Notes: a model not told the origin generated them from the letters alone. Positions 36,781-49,920 are shown, counted from the first letter of the whole stretch. The stretch: 63,839 nt of DNA, filler included, from Octopus bimaculoides (GCF_001194135.2; 6 parts of 6 records of this genome joined end to end with filler, not necessarily neighbours in it), one strand, 5' to 3'. Numbers and translations: made by a program.

Positions 36781-37330
36781 GCATCCAAGGAAATACATTG
36801 GTTATGTGAGAACTTCCTTTAAGAAACGTCTTTCCAACCATAGATTCTCCTTCAGGGTTTCAGAAAGGAAATATGTAACATTGCCATACTCAATATCAAG
36901 GAAAATCCTCTGCTGTCTGTACATAAATGGAATGAAACGCTGCAAGGTATACACAGCCAAACGCATGGGAATCCTGAAAAACTTGCACATACCAGGGACC
37001 ATACTGAACTCATAGATCTACACAGGATTGCACCTAAGGACTCATGTTCTGGTGTCTATAGTTGAACTATGAACTTTTTTGCTTCATTTTCTTCTTTCTT
37101 TCCCTCTCCTTATTCTTTTACTCCCTTCCCCTATGTCGTCATCTTATTAATGTATACCATTCTCATTTTTCCTATTTTTTCCCCTATTTGTCTCTGATGA
37201 CGGAATATCCCATACTCAGGGATATCCCAGAAACAGCTGTAAGATTTTGAATTTCTTCCTATAATAATATTGTATATGACCTGAGATGTTTGCCTTGCCA
37301 TAATGTTTGCTGTCTGGTTTAACAATTATA
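36780..37330 (+). mobile_element. Penelope-like GIY-YIG second half and 3' pseudo-LTR
   Basis: KYIGYVRTSFKKRLSNHRFSFR (YIG..F..R..NH), followed by a non-coding region containing a hammerhead. Confidence 0.8.
37191..37244 (+). ncRNA. Type I hammerhead ribozyme
   Basis: UCU-CUGAUGA-[10-bp stem II, one mismatch, 7-nt loop]-GAAA-CAGCUGU-A-AGA. Core intact, palindromic stem III, GUA site, stem I UCU/AGA. Confidence 0.75.
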
Positions 37331-37519
37331 TATCCACTGCATTGGAAATTTGCAATGGCTCCATAACTACCATTTCAGCTATAACCTTAGAGCCCCAGTA
37401 ATCTGTTACACTTACCTAGTGTACCTAATCGTTTAGATCACCTGTGAACTAAACCCCCATACTTTGTGTACATATAAATATGCATACATATGCATTATAC
37501 ATTATGTATGTATGTATAT

Positions 37520-37595
<76 letters not shown>

Positions 37596-37934
37596 CTAGC
37601 AATATAACCCGACGTTGTCCAGGTGTGACTTATTATGCCATGTACGATAAGTCTTGCTAGGTGAAAATCAACTAAAAAAGAAAGACTTACAACGAAAAAA
37701 CACTTATGATGTAAATATGTTCATAATTCAAAAGACGATGAAATTAAAAGAGCAAGTTTGAAGGCTGTTTTGCGTAACATTATTAATCGTACGTAAATTT
37801 CATCCGTGTAATTGGCTATACAAATGATATGTGCAAAACAACTTTTTGCACTGCCCTGATTATACATAGCAGGGTAATCCCTTTTCGCAGGAGCTAGGAC
37901 GGCAATTTCTGATGAAGCAATTGCTAACGATCTG
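37596..37934 (-). mobile_element. Non-autonomous Helitron-like 3' end
   Basis: CTAG at 37596-37599 directly after (TA)n, with 'cccgacgttgtccagg' nearby, the same layout as 15536-15563. Confidence 0.6.
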
Positions 37935-38034
37935 NNNNNNNNNNNNNNNNNNNNNNNNNNNNNNNNNNNNNNNNNNNNTTAATTAATTAANNNNNNNNNN
38001 NNNNNNNNNNNNNNNNNNNNNNNNNNNNNNNNNN
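37935..38034. other. Artificial scaffold spacer
   Basis: N44-TTAATTAATTAA-N44. Confidence 0.97.
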
Positions 38035-38381
38035 TACATATATATATATATGATAGAGATGTAGATAGATATATATATATAAACATACATATATGCATAC
38101 ACACACGTATGTATATATAAATGTATTGACCTTTTATAGATACAGATGTACGTTTGAACATTTTCACACACACACACACGCGCGCACGTATATAATTATA
38201 TACGTCCACACATACATATATACATATATGTTTACAGACGTGGGTTCAAGTCTCACGGGCAGATTTAGACTCTTTGTATCCCAGGAGTGTTTCACCCAAT
38301 ATCTATTTACTCACTCTTGTTCATAGTTTGTTTGTTTCGAGATACACTTTTCCAAAATAGGATTTACTGCACGTTCTCTCG

Positions 38382-38430
<49 letters not shown>

Positions 38431-38565
38431 GTATGTATGTGTGTGTGTGTGTGTGTGTGTGTGCACAATATAATATAATATTACATCTGTTGCTCGCCGG
38501 CGAGCAAATAGAATGTTAATTCGCAGGACAAAATGCCTAGCTGTATTTCGTCCGCCCTTACATAC

Positions 38566-38705
38566 CAGGTACAAATCCCACTGAGCTTCACTTTTCCTTT
38601 TATCCTTTCGTGGCCGATAAAATAAGTACCAGTTGAGCACTGGCGTCGATGTAATCGACTTAGCTTCTTCCCCGAAAATGCTGGTCTTGCGCCAAAATTT
38701 GAAAC
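38566..38705 (+). mobile_element. SINE family B-related, diverged
   Basis: 'atcctttcgtggccgataaaataagtaccagttgagcactggcgtcgatgtaatcgac'. Confidence 0.75.
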
Positions 38706-39480
38706 ACTCGCCTGAGCCCTGAATCGAATGTGTCGCAGTATAAGCCCAACAGTTTGTGCTCTGAGCTGGAACCTACTCGTGCCTCTTTAACTATTATATA
38801 TTAGATAGCAATCACCTCGATAACAGGAAGTTTTAACATCGTGCAATAACACTATATGTGCATAGCAGAAGGCAAATCTAAACACAGATACTTCATTTCC
38901 CTTCAGAAATATACAATCGAGGGAAGCAATAAAATGACTCAGTTACTTCCAGGATTTGGGAAAATATGCTACTGCTTTTGGCATAAGTGAGAGTTCTGCT
39001 ACCGTGCTTGAAGATGATGCATAATTTGAGGTAGTGACATTCCGAAAACTTTTATACATCTGCAGAATTTTTAAATGTCACATCAAAAATCTTCACCAAA
39101 TGCCGCTACGTCAACAAATACCGCTCGAAACTGAAAGATTACACTAACAACCGACTAAATAGATCATTACTTAATTATTTTACATAAATAATCTCACTCT
39201 CTCAATTTTTCACCTCACTTTTGACAGAGACTACTCATTCATAACAATTTTAACTTCTCTGGCGCTCTTTTAACAAGATTCACATACAATAGGTTATGTC
39301 GTCTGCACATTCAAAAACTCAATATCGTAAACACTTCATAAATATAAACAGTATGTTAACCGCCTAATTTCAGGGGAATTTTCAGTTTATCTGTCAAAAG
39401 ATGAACGTGGTTCTTCGACTAATTATATATTACTATAACATTTGCTCATTCACTTTCTCCCCTTCTCTCTCTCTTTATCT

Positions 39481-39526
<46 letters not shown>

Positions 39527-40021
39527 NNNNNNNNNNNNNNNNNNNNNNNNNNNNNNNNNNNNNNNNNNNNNNNNNNNNNNNNNNNNNNNNNNNNNNNNNN
39601 NNNNNNNNNNNNNNNNNNNNNNNNNNNNNNNNNNNNNNNNNNNNNNNNNNNNNNNNNNNNNNNNNNNNNNNNNNNNNNNNNNNNNNNNNNNNNNNNNNNN
39701 NNNNNNNNNNNNNNNNNNNNNNNNNNNNNNNNNNNNNNNNNNNNNNNNNNNNNNNNNNNNNNNNNNNNNNNNNNNNNNNNNNNNNNNNNNNNNNNNNNNN
39801 NNNNNNNNNNNNNNNNNNNNNNNNNNNNNNNNNNNNNNNNNNNNNNNNNNNNNNNNNNNNNNNNNNNNNNNNNNNNNNNNNNNNNNNNNNNNNNNNNNNN
39901 NNNNNNNNNNNNNNNNNNNNNNNNNNNNNNNNNNNNNNNNNNNNNNNNNNNNNNNNNNNNNNNNNNNNNNNNNNNNNNNNNNNNNNNNNNNNNNNNNNNN
40001 NNNNNNNNNNNNNNNNNNNNN

Positions 40022-40057
<36 letters not shown>

Positions 40058-40880
40058 GGCAAATAGTTGGATAGATTGATAGATCTTTTTAATGCCTAAT
40101 AGACATAAGCGTTATAAATGGTTCTAATATTTGTTGAAATCTTTCTCAACGCTAAGCCATGAATAATGTTTATTATTGCGGGCGAAAAGGGTTAACAATA
40201 GTCCTATGTGATTCAAAATACACACGCAGTTACTCATATGAGGGCACACATACAATCACCCCTGCATATATATGCATATTTATATACACACATATAGGTA
40301 TGTGTGTATGCTTACCTGCTGGTATAAATCTTGAACGTTTTTCAAGATTTATGGAACGTGCCAGAAGAATATTGCAGTAAATGTTTTTTTTTGTTTGTTT
40401 TTTTTTGCTTCTTATAACCGCATCTGTCCGCTTAGTTAATCCGAGCGAAATGAAAATGCGATCCCTCCGACCCTCTGTTTGTGTGTGTGCGTATGTGTCC
40501 GCAGGGGCACACCTACACCCACTACACTCGCATTCACGCGCACACACACATATGTATTTTCATCCAAGATGGAGATGAGTACCAATATTGGATCTGGTCT
40601 AGGAGGAACAAAGGCCAACTTCATAAGCATTAATTTGCCCCAATTAAACGGGTATTTAGCTCTGCTCAGGGCCGCAACAGTTGGAGAATTTGTAAAATTT
40701 GTCAGCCAGGATTTTGGGCCGCAAGCGGAAACATTACCATGAATGCTGAACCGTTAGGGCCAACTGCCGGATGTGGTTAGCATTCGCAAAGGACGCGGTG
40801 AACCCAATGGCTGGAGCGACTCAACCCACCCCAGGTGAATGCCGCCGCAAGTACAAGCACGTAAGTATATATAAATACAT

Positions 40881-40931
<51 letters not shown>

Positions 40932-41591
40932 NNNNNNNNNNNNNNNNNNNNNNNNNNNNNNNNNNNNNNNNNNNNNNNNNNNNNNNNNNNNNNNNNNNNN
41001 NNNNNNNNNNNNNNNNNNNNNNNNNNNNNNNNNNNNNNNNNNNNNNNNNNNNNNNNNNNNNNNNNNNNNNNNNNNNNNNNNNNNNNNNNNNNNNNNNNNN
41101 NNNNNNNNNNNNNNNNNNNNNNNNNNNNNNNNNNNNNNNNNNNNNNNNNNNNNNNNNNNNNNNNNNNNNNNNNNNNNNNNNNNNNNNNNNNNNNNNNNNN
41201 NNNNNNNNNNNNNNNNNNNNNNNNNNNNNNNNNNNNNNNNNNNNNNNNNNNNNNNNNNNNNNNNNNNNNNNNNNNNNNNNNNNNNNNNNNNNNNNNNNNN
41301 NNNNNNNNNNNNNNNNNNNNNNNNNNNNNNNNNNNNNNNNNNNNNNNNNNNNNNNNNNNNNNNNNNNNNNNNNNNNNNNNNNNNNNNNNNNNNNNNNNNN
41401 NNNNNNNNNNNNNNNNNNNNNNNNNNNNNNNNNNNNNNNNNNNNNNNNNNNNNNNNNNNNNNNNNNNNNNNNNNNNNNNNNNNNNNNNNNNNNNNNNNNN
41501 NNNNNNNNNNGATAAAATCCTTATCAATAGACATCTCTCTCTCTCTCTCTTTCTCTCTCTCCCCCTCTCTTTCTCTCTCTCTCTCTCTATC

Positions 41592-41633
<42 letters not shown>

Positions 41634-42110
41634 AAACCCTTAGACTTCTCTTGTACATTAAACTAATTTATTCCACGTGGCCAAGATTTTGTCGACTTTT
41701 GCGTGTGTGCACGTGGACTTGTGTCGTTAGGAAATTCGGATGGCACCCGTTTGGTTGGAGATTTGAGTGTGATATACGAAACGCTAGAATCGGAATGCGT
41801 TCGATGAATTTGACCAATGGTTATTTTATTGACCCTCGGAAGGATAAAAGCCAAATTAGACCTCAGTCAGATTTGAATACAAAGCGTGAAAGATCGCGTT
41901 GTGCAAGCCTGTACAAACCAATCCTTCTGCCTCCACTACAAAAGAAAATGACAGATGGAAACGTTACGTTTACGATATCCTATTGAACCCTCAGAAATCT
42001 GAAGAATTTGGACAACTCTCTTGGACAGTTCTGTTACAGTGGTTCATTTATACTGGTTACAATAGTGTCAATTCGTGTTCTTATACATAGCAAAACTTTT
42101 AACCTTTCAC

Positions 42111-42270
42111 TATTTACGTTTTATATCTTTCAGTCAATGGACTGTGGCCATGCTGGGGCATCGCTTTGAGGTATTTAGTCGATCAAATCGATCCCAATAT
42201 ATACTTTCGAGTGGTTTTTATTTTATCGGGTTCTTTTGTCAAACCACTTAGTTACGGAGACGTCGACGAA
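42111..42270 (-). mobile_element. SINE family A 3' part
   Basis: 'tttcagtcaatggactgtggccatgctgggg..cacttagttacggagacgt'. Confidence 0.75.
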
Positions 42271-42350
42271 TCAACTCTATCTATCTATCAATCTATCTAT
42301 CAATCAATCAGTCTATCTATATATCTATCTCTGTCTCTTTGCCTCCTCCC

Positions 42351-42397
<47 letters not shown>

Positions 42398-42764
42398 NNN
42401 NNNNNNNNNNNNNNNNNNNNNNNNNNNNNNNNNNNNNNNNNNNNNNNNNNNNNNNNNNNNNNNNNNNNNNNNNNNNNNNNNNNNNNNNNNNNNNNNNNNN
42501 NNNNNNNNNNNNNNNNNNNNNNNNNNNNNNNNNNNNNNNNNNNNNNNNNNNNNNNNNNNNNNNNNNNNNNNNNNNNNNNNNNNNNNNNNNNNNNNNNNNN
42601 NNNNNNNNNNNNNNNNNNNNNNNNNNNNNNNNNNNNNNACAGGTTGCGTTGTTGAAGAATTTTTCAGACATTAGTTACTTGAAGAAAGCAAAAATAGCTA
42701 CAAATAAGCTATCGAAGCTTTTATCATCGATCTGCTTTGGATTCGTGTCGATAGATACTGCTCT

Positions 42765-42829
<65 letters not shown>

Positions 42830-43292
42830 GGCATGTCAGTGATATGGTTTTACTATAATCGCTCTCTTCCAATCGATTAGCTGATTTTCAATAATAAGAT
42901 TACCATTACATGCTCTAACAAGAGATTATCGCTACTCGGAGGAATTATCGCAATTAATTCTCGGTAGGAATTATTCTTAACCTAAAACCTCGCCAGATTT
43001 CTTCCAACACAGCACTGACCCACGCCAACCCGCTTTTGATGTTGCCGCAGGCAACACCTATTTTAAGTTACCACAACTTACGATTTTTCTCTGAATATCC
43101 GTGATGGCAAAATAAATTAATTTTATACTATCAGATTAGGAGAATATCATAGAGGAAAAATCTCTGTAATGGTCAGCGGAATAGGGGCAATCTACCCTCG
43201 TAGATTTAATAAAAGGGTCACATTGAAATGCTGAGAAAGTTACTGAATGTGACACGTACCTGAAGTTATTAACGCTAGTACCATCAAGATAT

Positions 43293-43522
43293 TCTTTTCT
43301 ACTCCAAGCACAAGGCCCGAAATTTGGGGGAGGAGGTCAGTCGATTAGATCGACTCCGGTACGCAATTTGTACCACCAAGGTATTTATTTCTTTATTGCC
43401 CACAGGGGGCTAAACATAGAGGGGACAAACAAGGACAAACAAGTGATTAAGTCGATTGCATTGACACCAGTGCGTAACGGGTACTTAATTTATCGACCCC
43501 GAAAGGATGAAAGGCAAAGGCA
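43293..43522 (-). mobile_element. SINE family B with an internal insertion
   Basis: Family B body interrupted by about 60 bp ('ttctttattgcccacagggggctaaacatagagggg'). Confidence 0.75.
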
Positions 43523-44370
43523 TAAATTTGAGAAGAAAACCTTCAAAATACTTTTGAGAATATTTCAAAAAAAAAAAAATGGCCTTTATTGTAGGAAGAA
43601 GTGAGAGAAATGTCTGGTGGGAAATTGCAGCATATTTCAGCATCCCTCATTCACGCCCTTCACGTGGAAGAGGAGAGGAACATTCTTCAAGTCCAAAGAA
43701 CTGCAGCACTGCTATTAGGGCAGAAAGCAGTAGTAGTAACAACAACAAACATATCATTCGCAATAGACACACAAACGTCAGAAGCAATAATACCGAAGAC
43801 GGAATGGAGAGGAGGAAATATCAACGTTGAGTGCTCAAAGTTCAACGGATATAGAAAATGACTACAGCAGTTACAATTGCAGGGTTCGCAGCAGTAGCAG
43901 TGGCAACAACAACAACAACGACAGCATCAGCAGCAACAACAAAAACAATAGCAATAACAGGAACAACATAAATAAAGTTGACGAGAAAGAAAATGATGAG
44001 AGAAACACAACGTACAGGAATGGAAACATGTCGGGATGGAAACAAAATCAATGCAATTTGTCTCGCTGTCATTAAGTGACAAAGACAGAAGGCTGACAGA
44101 AGTAAAACAATTTGTAAAGATGAATGGCAGGAGACCACAAGTTGCTATTCCACTTGAGGCTTTTCCAGCAACTGCCCGATAGACGGTTGCATATCGCTGT
44201 GTGCCAACTAAAACCTGATGCTTGGAATCGGCAATACATGTCCAGGTTGAAAGAGCCTTTAAAAAATATCGGTTTACATGGATCGTGTGTCGAAGGCTAG
44301 AGAGTTGGGGAGCGTGGAAGGTCGTCTTCATGGACGAAGCACTCGCGTTGAAGCACTCCATAGCTCCGTG

Positions 44371-44450
44371 ATAACCATTCTGCCAGACATAATAACCATT
44401 CTGTCAGACGTGACAACCATTCTGCCAGACATAATAACCATTCTGCCAGC
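44371..44450. repeat. Short tandem repeat, ~21-bp unit x4 (ataaccattctgccagacata)
   Basis: Visible in sequence. Confidence 0.85.
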
Positions 44451-44881
44451 TCTGTCTGCAGAATATTACTAAAAAATACTTTGGCACATCCGGAGCTAAA
44501 CTTGAAGACACTAACCTGTCGAGATGACCTATAGAATCAAATCAAGACGCACGTGATTGCGAAACTGGCCCTGTCTCTGACACACTAACACGTGGTCATG
44601 TTTCTGGCAGCTAATGCTTAGGAGATGGATTATCGCAATAATCCTATTATAGAGAGACAATCGAACTATCAGAGTAGAATATATATACTCTACCTCTCTG
44701 AAGGAATTATCGATGTCAGTGTTTAGACGAGGAAATTATTACAACGAACTCTGATATCGTAAAATGTCTCTAATAGATCGTCTCAGTCTAACTCTCACAT
44801 CTAAATATATATGGAGCGTGTGGCGAAATATCGGCAGATACATAAATAGAGATAGATAGATAGACAGATAGACAGATAAAA

Positions 44882-44918
<37 letters not shown>

Positions 44919-45024
44919 TAGAACATATTTGTTAATCTTTATTATAGCTAATCTTCTAAAGAGACATTATTGTAGCATGACACCAATAAATTGATTCACT
45001 ATAAATAAAACTACAAAGATTGGG

Positions 45025-45240
45025 ATATTCTTTCTACTTTAAGCACAAGGCCTGAAATTTTGGGGGAGGGGGCCAGTCGATTAGATCGACCCCAGTACGC
45101 AACTGGTATGTAATTTATCGACCCCGAGAGGACGAAAGGCAAAGTCGAACTTGGCGGAATTTGAACTCAGAACGTAAAGACAGACGAAATACCGCTAAGT
45201 ATTTCGCCTGGCGTACTAACATTTCTGCCAGCTCGCCGCC
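45025..45240 (-). mobile_element. SINE family B, full length, CpG-rich
   Basis: Head 'ggcggcgagctggcagaa..ttctgagttcaaattcc', central 'gactttgcctttcgtcctctcggggtcgat', tail 'gtagaaagaatat'. Confidence 0.9.
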
Positions 45241-45245
45241 TTATG

Positions 45246-45310
45246 ACTGAACCCGGAACGATGTGGTTTGTAAGCAAACTACATACCACACAGCCAAACC
45301 TGCGCCTAAA
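45246..45310 (-). mobile_element. SINE family A head only
   Basis: Minus strand 'aggcgcaggtttggctgtgtggtatgtag..ccgggttcagtc'. Confidence 0.8.
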
Positions 45311-45317
45311 CGTATGC

Positions 45318-45389
45318 CTCCCCGGCGGGGAATCGAATCCCAGTCTCCCGCATGACACGCGGGGATACTTACCACTATACATATTCGCA
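45318..45389 (-). pseudogene. tRNA-Asp(GTC) pseudogene
   Basis: Minus strand GTATAGTGGTAAGTATCCCCGCGTGTCATGCGGGAGACTGGGATTCGATTCCCCGCCGGGGAG closely follows the conserved metazoan tRNA-Asp, but the 5' acceptor strand is replaced (GCGAATAT) and there are stem mismatches. Confidence 0.85.
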
Positions 45390-46274
45390 TACCTGGCAAC
45401 CCTGGCCGCCTACCGTGATTTTTTTTGCAGCTTATCGTACTCCGATAGGGAAAAATCCACAACCTTTCTCCCCAATAAACCACAATCATTGCTAAGAGTT
45501 TTCTTTTTTTGTATTTACTACGGAATGCTTGAAGCTCACTTTCTTCCTACACCTCGATCCTCGGATCTCACATTTAAACACACACACACACACACACACG
45601 CAGACACACACGTGCACACATACAGGCACTCACATACACACGTACACACACACACATGCATACACACACACGCACTCGCACACACGTACACACACACACA
45701 CGTGCACACACACACGTGCACATACACATGCACACACACGTGCACACGCGCACACACACACATGTACACACGCGCATATATATGTTCCCCTTTTCCCTTT
45801 CATACTCTTTCTTCTATTATCTAAGTCTTGTCTCTTTCTCGCCCTCTCACTTTCTCTCCCTCTCTCTTTCTCTCCCTCTCTCTTTCTCTACCGTCTTTTT
45901 CCTTCACTCTATCTCTGGCCGCCTCTCTCTTTCTGCCACTCTCGCCCTCTCTCTCTACCTCTGTCCTTTTCCTCCTTACTCATCATTGTCTATATAAATA
46001 AATTCCACCACCACTCCTGCACACACACACGCGCGTAATCCTACACCTACACACACACTCACATATACAGTAGCCATTTGTCCAGATGACAACACGGTGA
46101 CGACATTTTCGGGAGTGTCAACTTAAATTCTGACATTTATGTATTAATGGAGAAATATTTCTTTTCTATGTAGGACGGTGAACGCGTACGTGCATTTGTG
46201 TGTAACTATGTATGCACATTCGTCTATTATGTGTATATATATATATATACACACACATGCATTCATACACACAT

Positions 46275-46339
<65 letters not shown>

Positions 46340-46551
46340 NNNNNNNNNNNNNNNNNNNNNNNNNNNNNNNNNNNNNNNNNNNNNNNNNNNNNNNNNNNNN
46401 NNNNNNNNNNNNNNNNNNNNNNNNNNNNNNNNNNNNNNNNNNNNNNNNNNNNNNNNNNNNNNNNNNNNNNNNNNNNNNNNNNNNNNNNNNNNNNNNNNNN
46501 NNNNNNNNNNNNNNNNNNNNNNNNNNNNNNNNNNNNNNNTCATACACACAT

Positions 46552-46620
<69 letters not shown>

Positions 46621-46753
46621 TATATATGTGTATATATATATATATATATATACATACATTCATATATACTCGCGTATGCATACACATAGACACGTATGAA
46701 TATATATATATATACACATATATATATATACATATATATATAAATAGATGAAT

Positions 46754-46800
<47 letters not shown>

Positions 46801-46863
46801 CATGCATACATACATATTACATACATATATATCGGTATATAGATATATATACGTATATGTATA

Positions 46864-46904
<41 letters not shown>

Positions 46905-47120
46905 TGTATCAGCGTCTGTGTGTTTGTGCGTGCATGTGTGTGTGCGCGCAACCTCCCACTACGACTGCATCCTCTTTGCGATTGCAGCATCAGCAGCATC
47001 ACTCGAGATATGGACGAGAAACCGGTTGCTAGTGTTCCACTCTGCACAACCAGTGCTGGCCGCCATATGTAATCGTGTCACGCGCAGAAAGGCGCACATA
47101 TAACTAACTTTACAGACACG

Positions 47121-47162
<42 letters not shown>

Positions 47163-47506
47163 CTCACTCTCCATGTCATATGCAAACACATGCATAGTCA
47201 CATGCAAAGACACACACACGTGTCCATGTAACTACGAACATTATCGCTTTTACAGGTAAATACCTCTGGACACACGGTACTTCCATACAAACACATACCT
47301 CAACGTATTCTCTTCCCTTTCATTGGTGTTAGTTCATTTGTTCTTTCTCTATTTCTTCCTCTCCATTGTATAAAGAAGTTTTCGTTTAATTTTTAAAAAG
47401 CCTATTAATATTATATCATACTACCGACTACCAACCCAGCAGTTGTGCACTCTCAGTAACTATATACTTTTACTTAGAACATTTAAAATTATACTTCTCT
47501 TCTCTA

Positions 47507-47554
<48 letters not shown>

Positions 47555-47997
47555 NNNNNNNNNNNNNNNNNNNNNNNNNNNNNNNNNNNNNNNNNNNNNN
47601 NNNNNNNNNNNNNNNNNNNNNNNNNNNNNNNNNNNNNNNNNNNNNNNNNNNNNNNNNNNNNNNNNNNNNNNNNNNNNNNNNNNNNNNNNNNNNNNNNNNN
47701 NNNNNNNNNNNNNNNNNNNNNNNNNNNNNNNNNNNNNNNNNNNNNNNNNNNNNNNNNNNNNNNNNNNNNNNNNNNNNNNNNNNNNNNNNNNNNNNNNNNN
47801 NNNNNNNNNNNNNNNNNNNNNNNNNNNNNNNNNNNNNNNNNNNNNNNNNNNNNNNNNNNNNNNNNNNNNNNNNNNNNNNNNNNNNNNNNNNNNNNNNNNN
47901 NNNNNNNNNNNNNNNNNNNNNNNNNNNNNNNNNNNNNNNNNNNNNNNNNNNNNNNNNNNNNNNNNNNNNNNNNNNNNNNNNNNNNNNNTATATATGC

Positions 47998-48165
47998 AGG
48001 GTGCAGGTATGGCTGTAGCTTGGTAATTAGCTTGCTTACCAGCCACATCGTTCCAGGTTCAGTCCCACTGCGTGGGACCTTCGGCAAGTGTCTTCTACTA
48101 TAGCCTTGGGCAAACCAAAGCCTTGTTAGTGGATTTGGTAGAGGGAAACTGAAAGACGCCCGTCA
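47998..48165 (+). mobile_element. SINE family A 5' half
   Basis: Matches the family head and body. Confidence 0.85.
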
Positions 48166-48206
48166 CGTACGCACACACACCTACATAATACATACATACA
48201 CACACA

Positions 48207-48254
<48 letters not shown>

Positions 48255-48734
48255 CACACATATATATATAATTGTGTAAGCTGCTCTCTGGGTAGGTATT
48301 TCCACAAGCCTATATGCATTATATGGCCATCACTGTGTTAGCGTGTGTACGACGAATCGTCTTTCTGTGCTTTCACCTTTCTCATTTCTCCCATAAACCA
48401 ACCGGCAGATATTTCAGATTAACATCACCTCTCTGCGCACCAATCTGCAGGCCATAAACTGTCTGCTATAGAAACTTGATAGCAGACAAGTAGGTTTCCC
48501 CCCCATCACTACTCTGTTATCACATTCTCAGTCCGCAGCCAGACAACTGAAGCACTTTTAACCCCTGTCTCCAAACACACTGATACCAAGACACGTTCTA
48601 ATGTACCATCACCAACGCATCTTCATAAATTCATAGAATAAAATCCACCAGTAATTTTTTTTTAACTATCAGAATGTTCTGCTGGTTGCATACCATCTCG
48701 ATGGCTGACACTTTAAATCAATTTAAATGAGTGA

Positions 48735-48885
48735 AGTAGATAAAAAGTTTGCTTCCCAACCACATGGTTCCGGGTTCAGTCCCACTGCACAGCACTTTGA
48801 GATAGTGTCTTCTACTATAGTTCCGAGCCGATCAAAGCCTTGTCAGTGGATTTTGTAGACAGAGACTGAAAGAAGCCCGCCGTAT
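48735..48885 (+). mobile_element. SINE family A 5' half, running into the microsatellite and gap
   Basis: Matches the family head and body. Confidence 0.85.
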
Positions 48886-49075
48886 ATATCTATCNNNNNN
48901 NNNNNNNNNNNNNNNNNNNNNNNNNNNNNNNNNNNNNNNNNNNNNNNNNNNNNNNNNNNNNNNNNNNNNNNNNNNNNNNNNNNNNNNNNNNNNNNNNNNN
49001 NNNNNNNNNNNNNNNNNNNNNNNNNNNNNNNNNNNNNNNNNNNNNNNNNNNNNNNNNNNNNNNNNNNNNNNNNNN

Positions 49076-49127
<52 letters not shown>

Positions 49128-49421
49128 ACACACACACACACACGCGCGCACGCACGCACACACACACACACGCACATACACATATAATTATGTATGTACG
49201 TATGTGACAGACCATGCCTTTCTTATTGTGTGTGTACATCTGTACACACACAATTTCGGGTTCTTCGGGTACACCCAGCAATCCCACATCGTATACATAT
49301 CTATACCCACACAAACACATACACTACAACTACAGAAACACACTTCCATGCACCCGCATTTCTATTATCAACACCACCAAAATTATCACAGCCACAATGT
49401 CACGTGTGTCACATATTGTTA

Positions 49422-49920
49422 CATAATGTAAGGGGTATTCCATAATGCCAGAAGTATTCCATAATGCCGGAATCATTCCATAATTCAGAGAGAAATCCAT
49501 GATGCCGGAAATATTCCATAATGCCGGAATTCCATAAAGCCAAGAAAAATCTATAATGCTGGGAGTATTCCATAATGCCGGAAGTATTCCATAATTCCGA
49601 GAGAATTCCATAATGCCGGAATTCCATAAGGCCGAGAGAATTCCATAAGGCCGAGAGAATTCCATAATGCCGGAAATATTCCATAATGCCGGAAGTATTC
49701 CATAATTCTGAGAGAATTCCATAATGCCGGGAGTATTCCATAATGCTGGAGGTATTCCATAATGTTGGAATTATTCCATAATTCTGAGAGAATTCCATAA
49801 TGCCGGGAGTATTCCATAATGCCGGAAGTATTCCATAATGCCGAGTGTATTCCATAATTCCGGAAGTATTCCATAATTCCTGAAGTATTCCATAATTCCG
49901 AAAGAATTTCATAATGCCGG
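49422..49920. repeat. Minisatellite, ~26 units of 16-19 bp (CATAATGCCGGAAGTATTC and CATAATTCCGAGAGAATTC variants)
   Basis: Visible in sequence; generates the repetitive ORFs 49330-49912. Confidence 0.95.

Noticed and set aside
43927-44361. 144-aa minus-strand ORF and overlapping plus-strand ORFs
   Set aside because: Partly derived from trinucleotide repeats, with no recognisable domain.
45318-45389. Functional tRNA-Asp gene
   Set aside because: The 5' acceptor strand cannot pair with the 3' strand and there are stem mismatches; called a pseudogene instead.
49422-49920. CRISPR-like appearance of the repeat array
   Set aside because: Units are directly adjacent with no unique spacers, there are no cas genes, and the context is eukaryotic.
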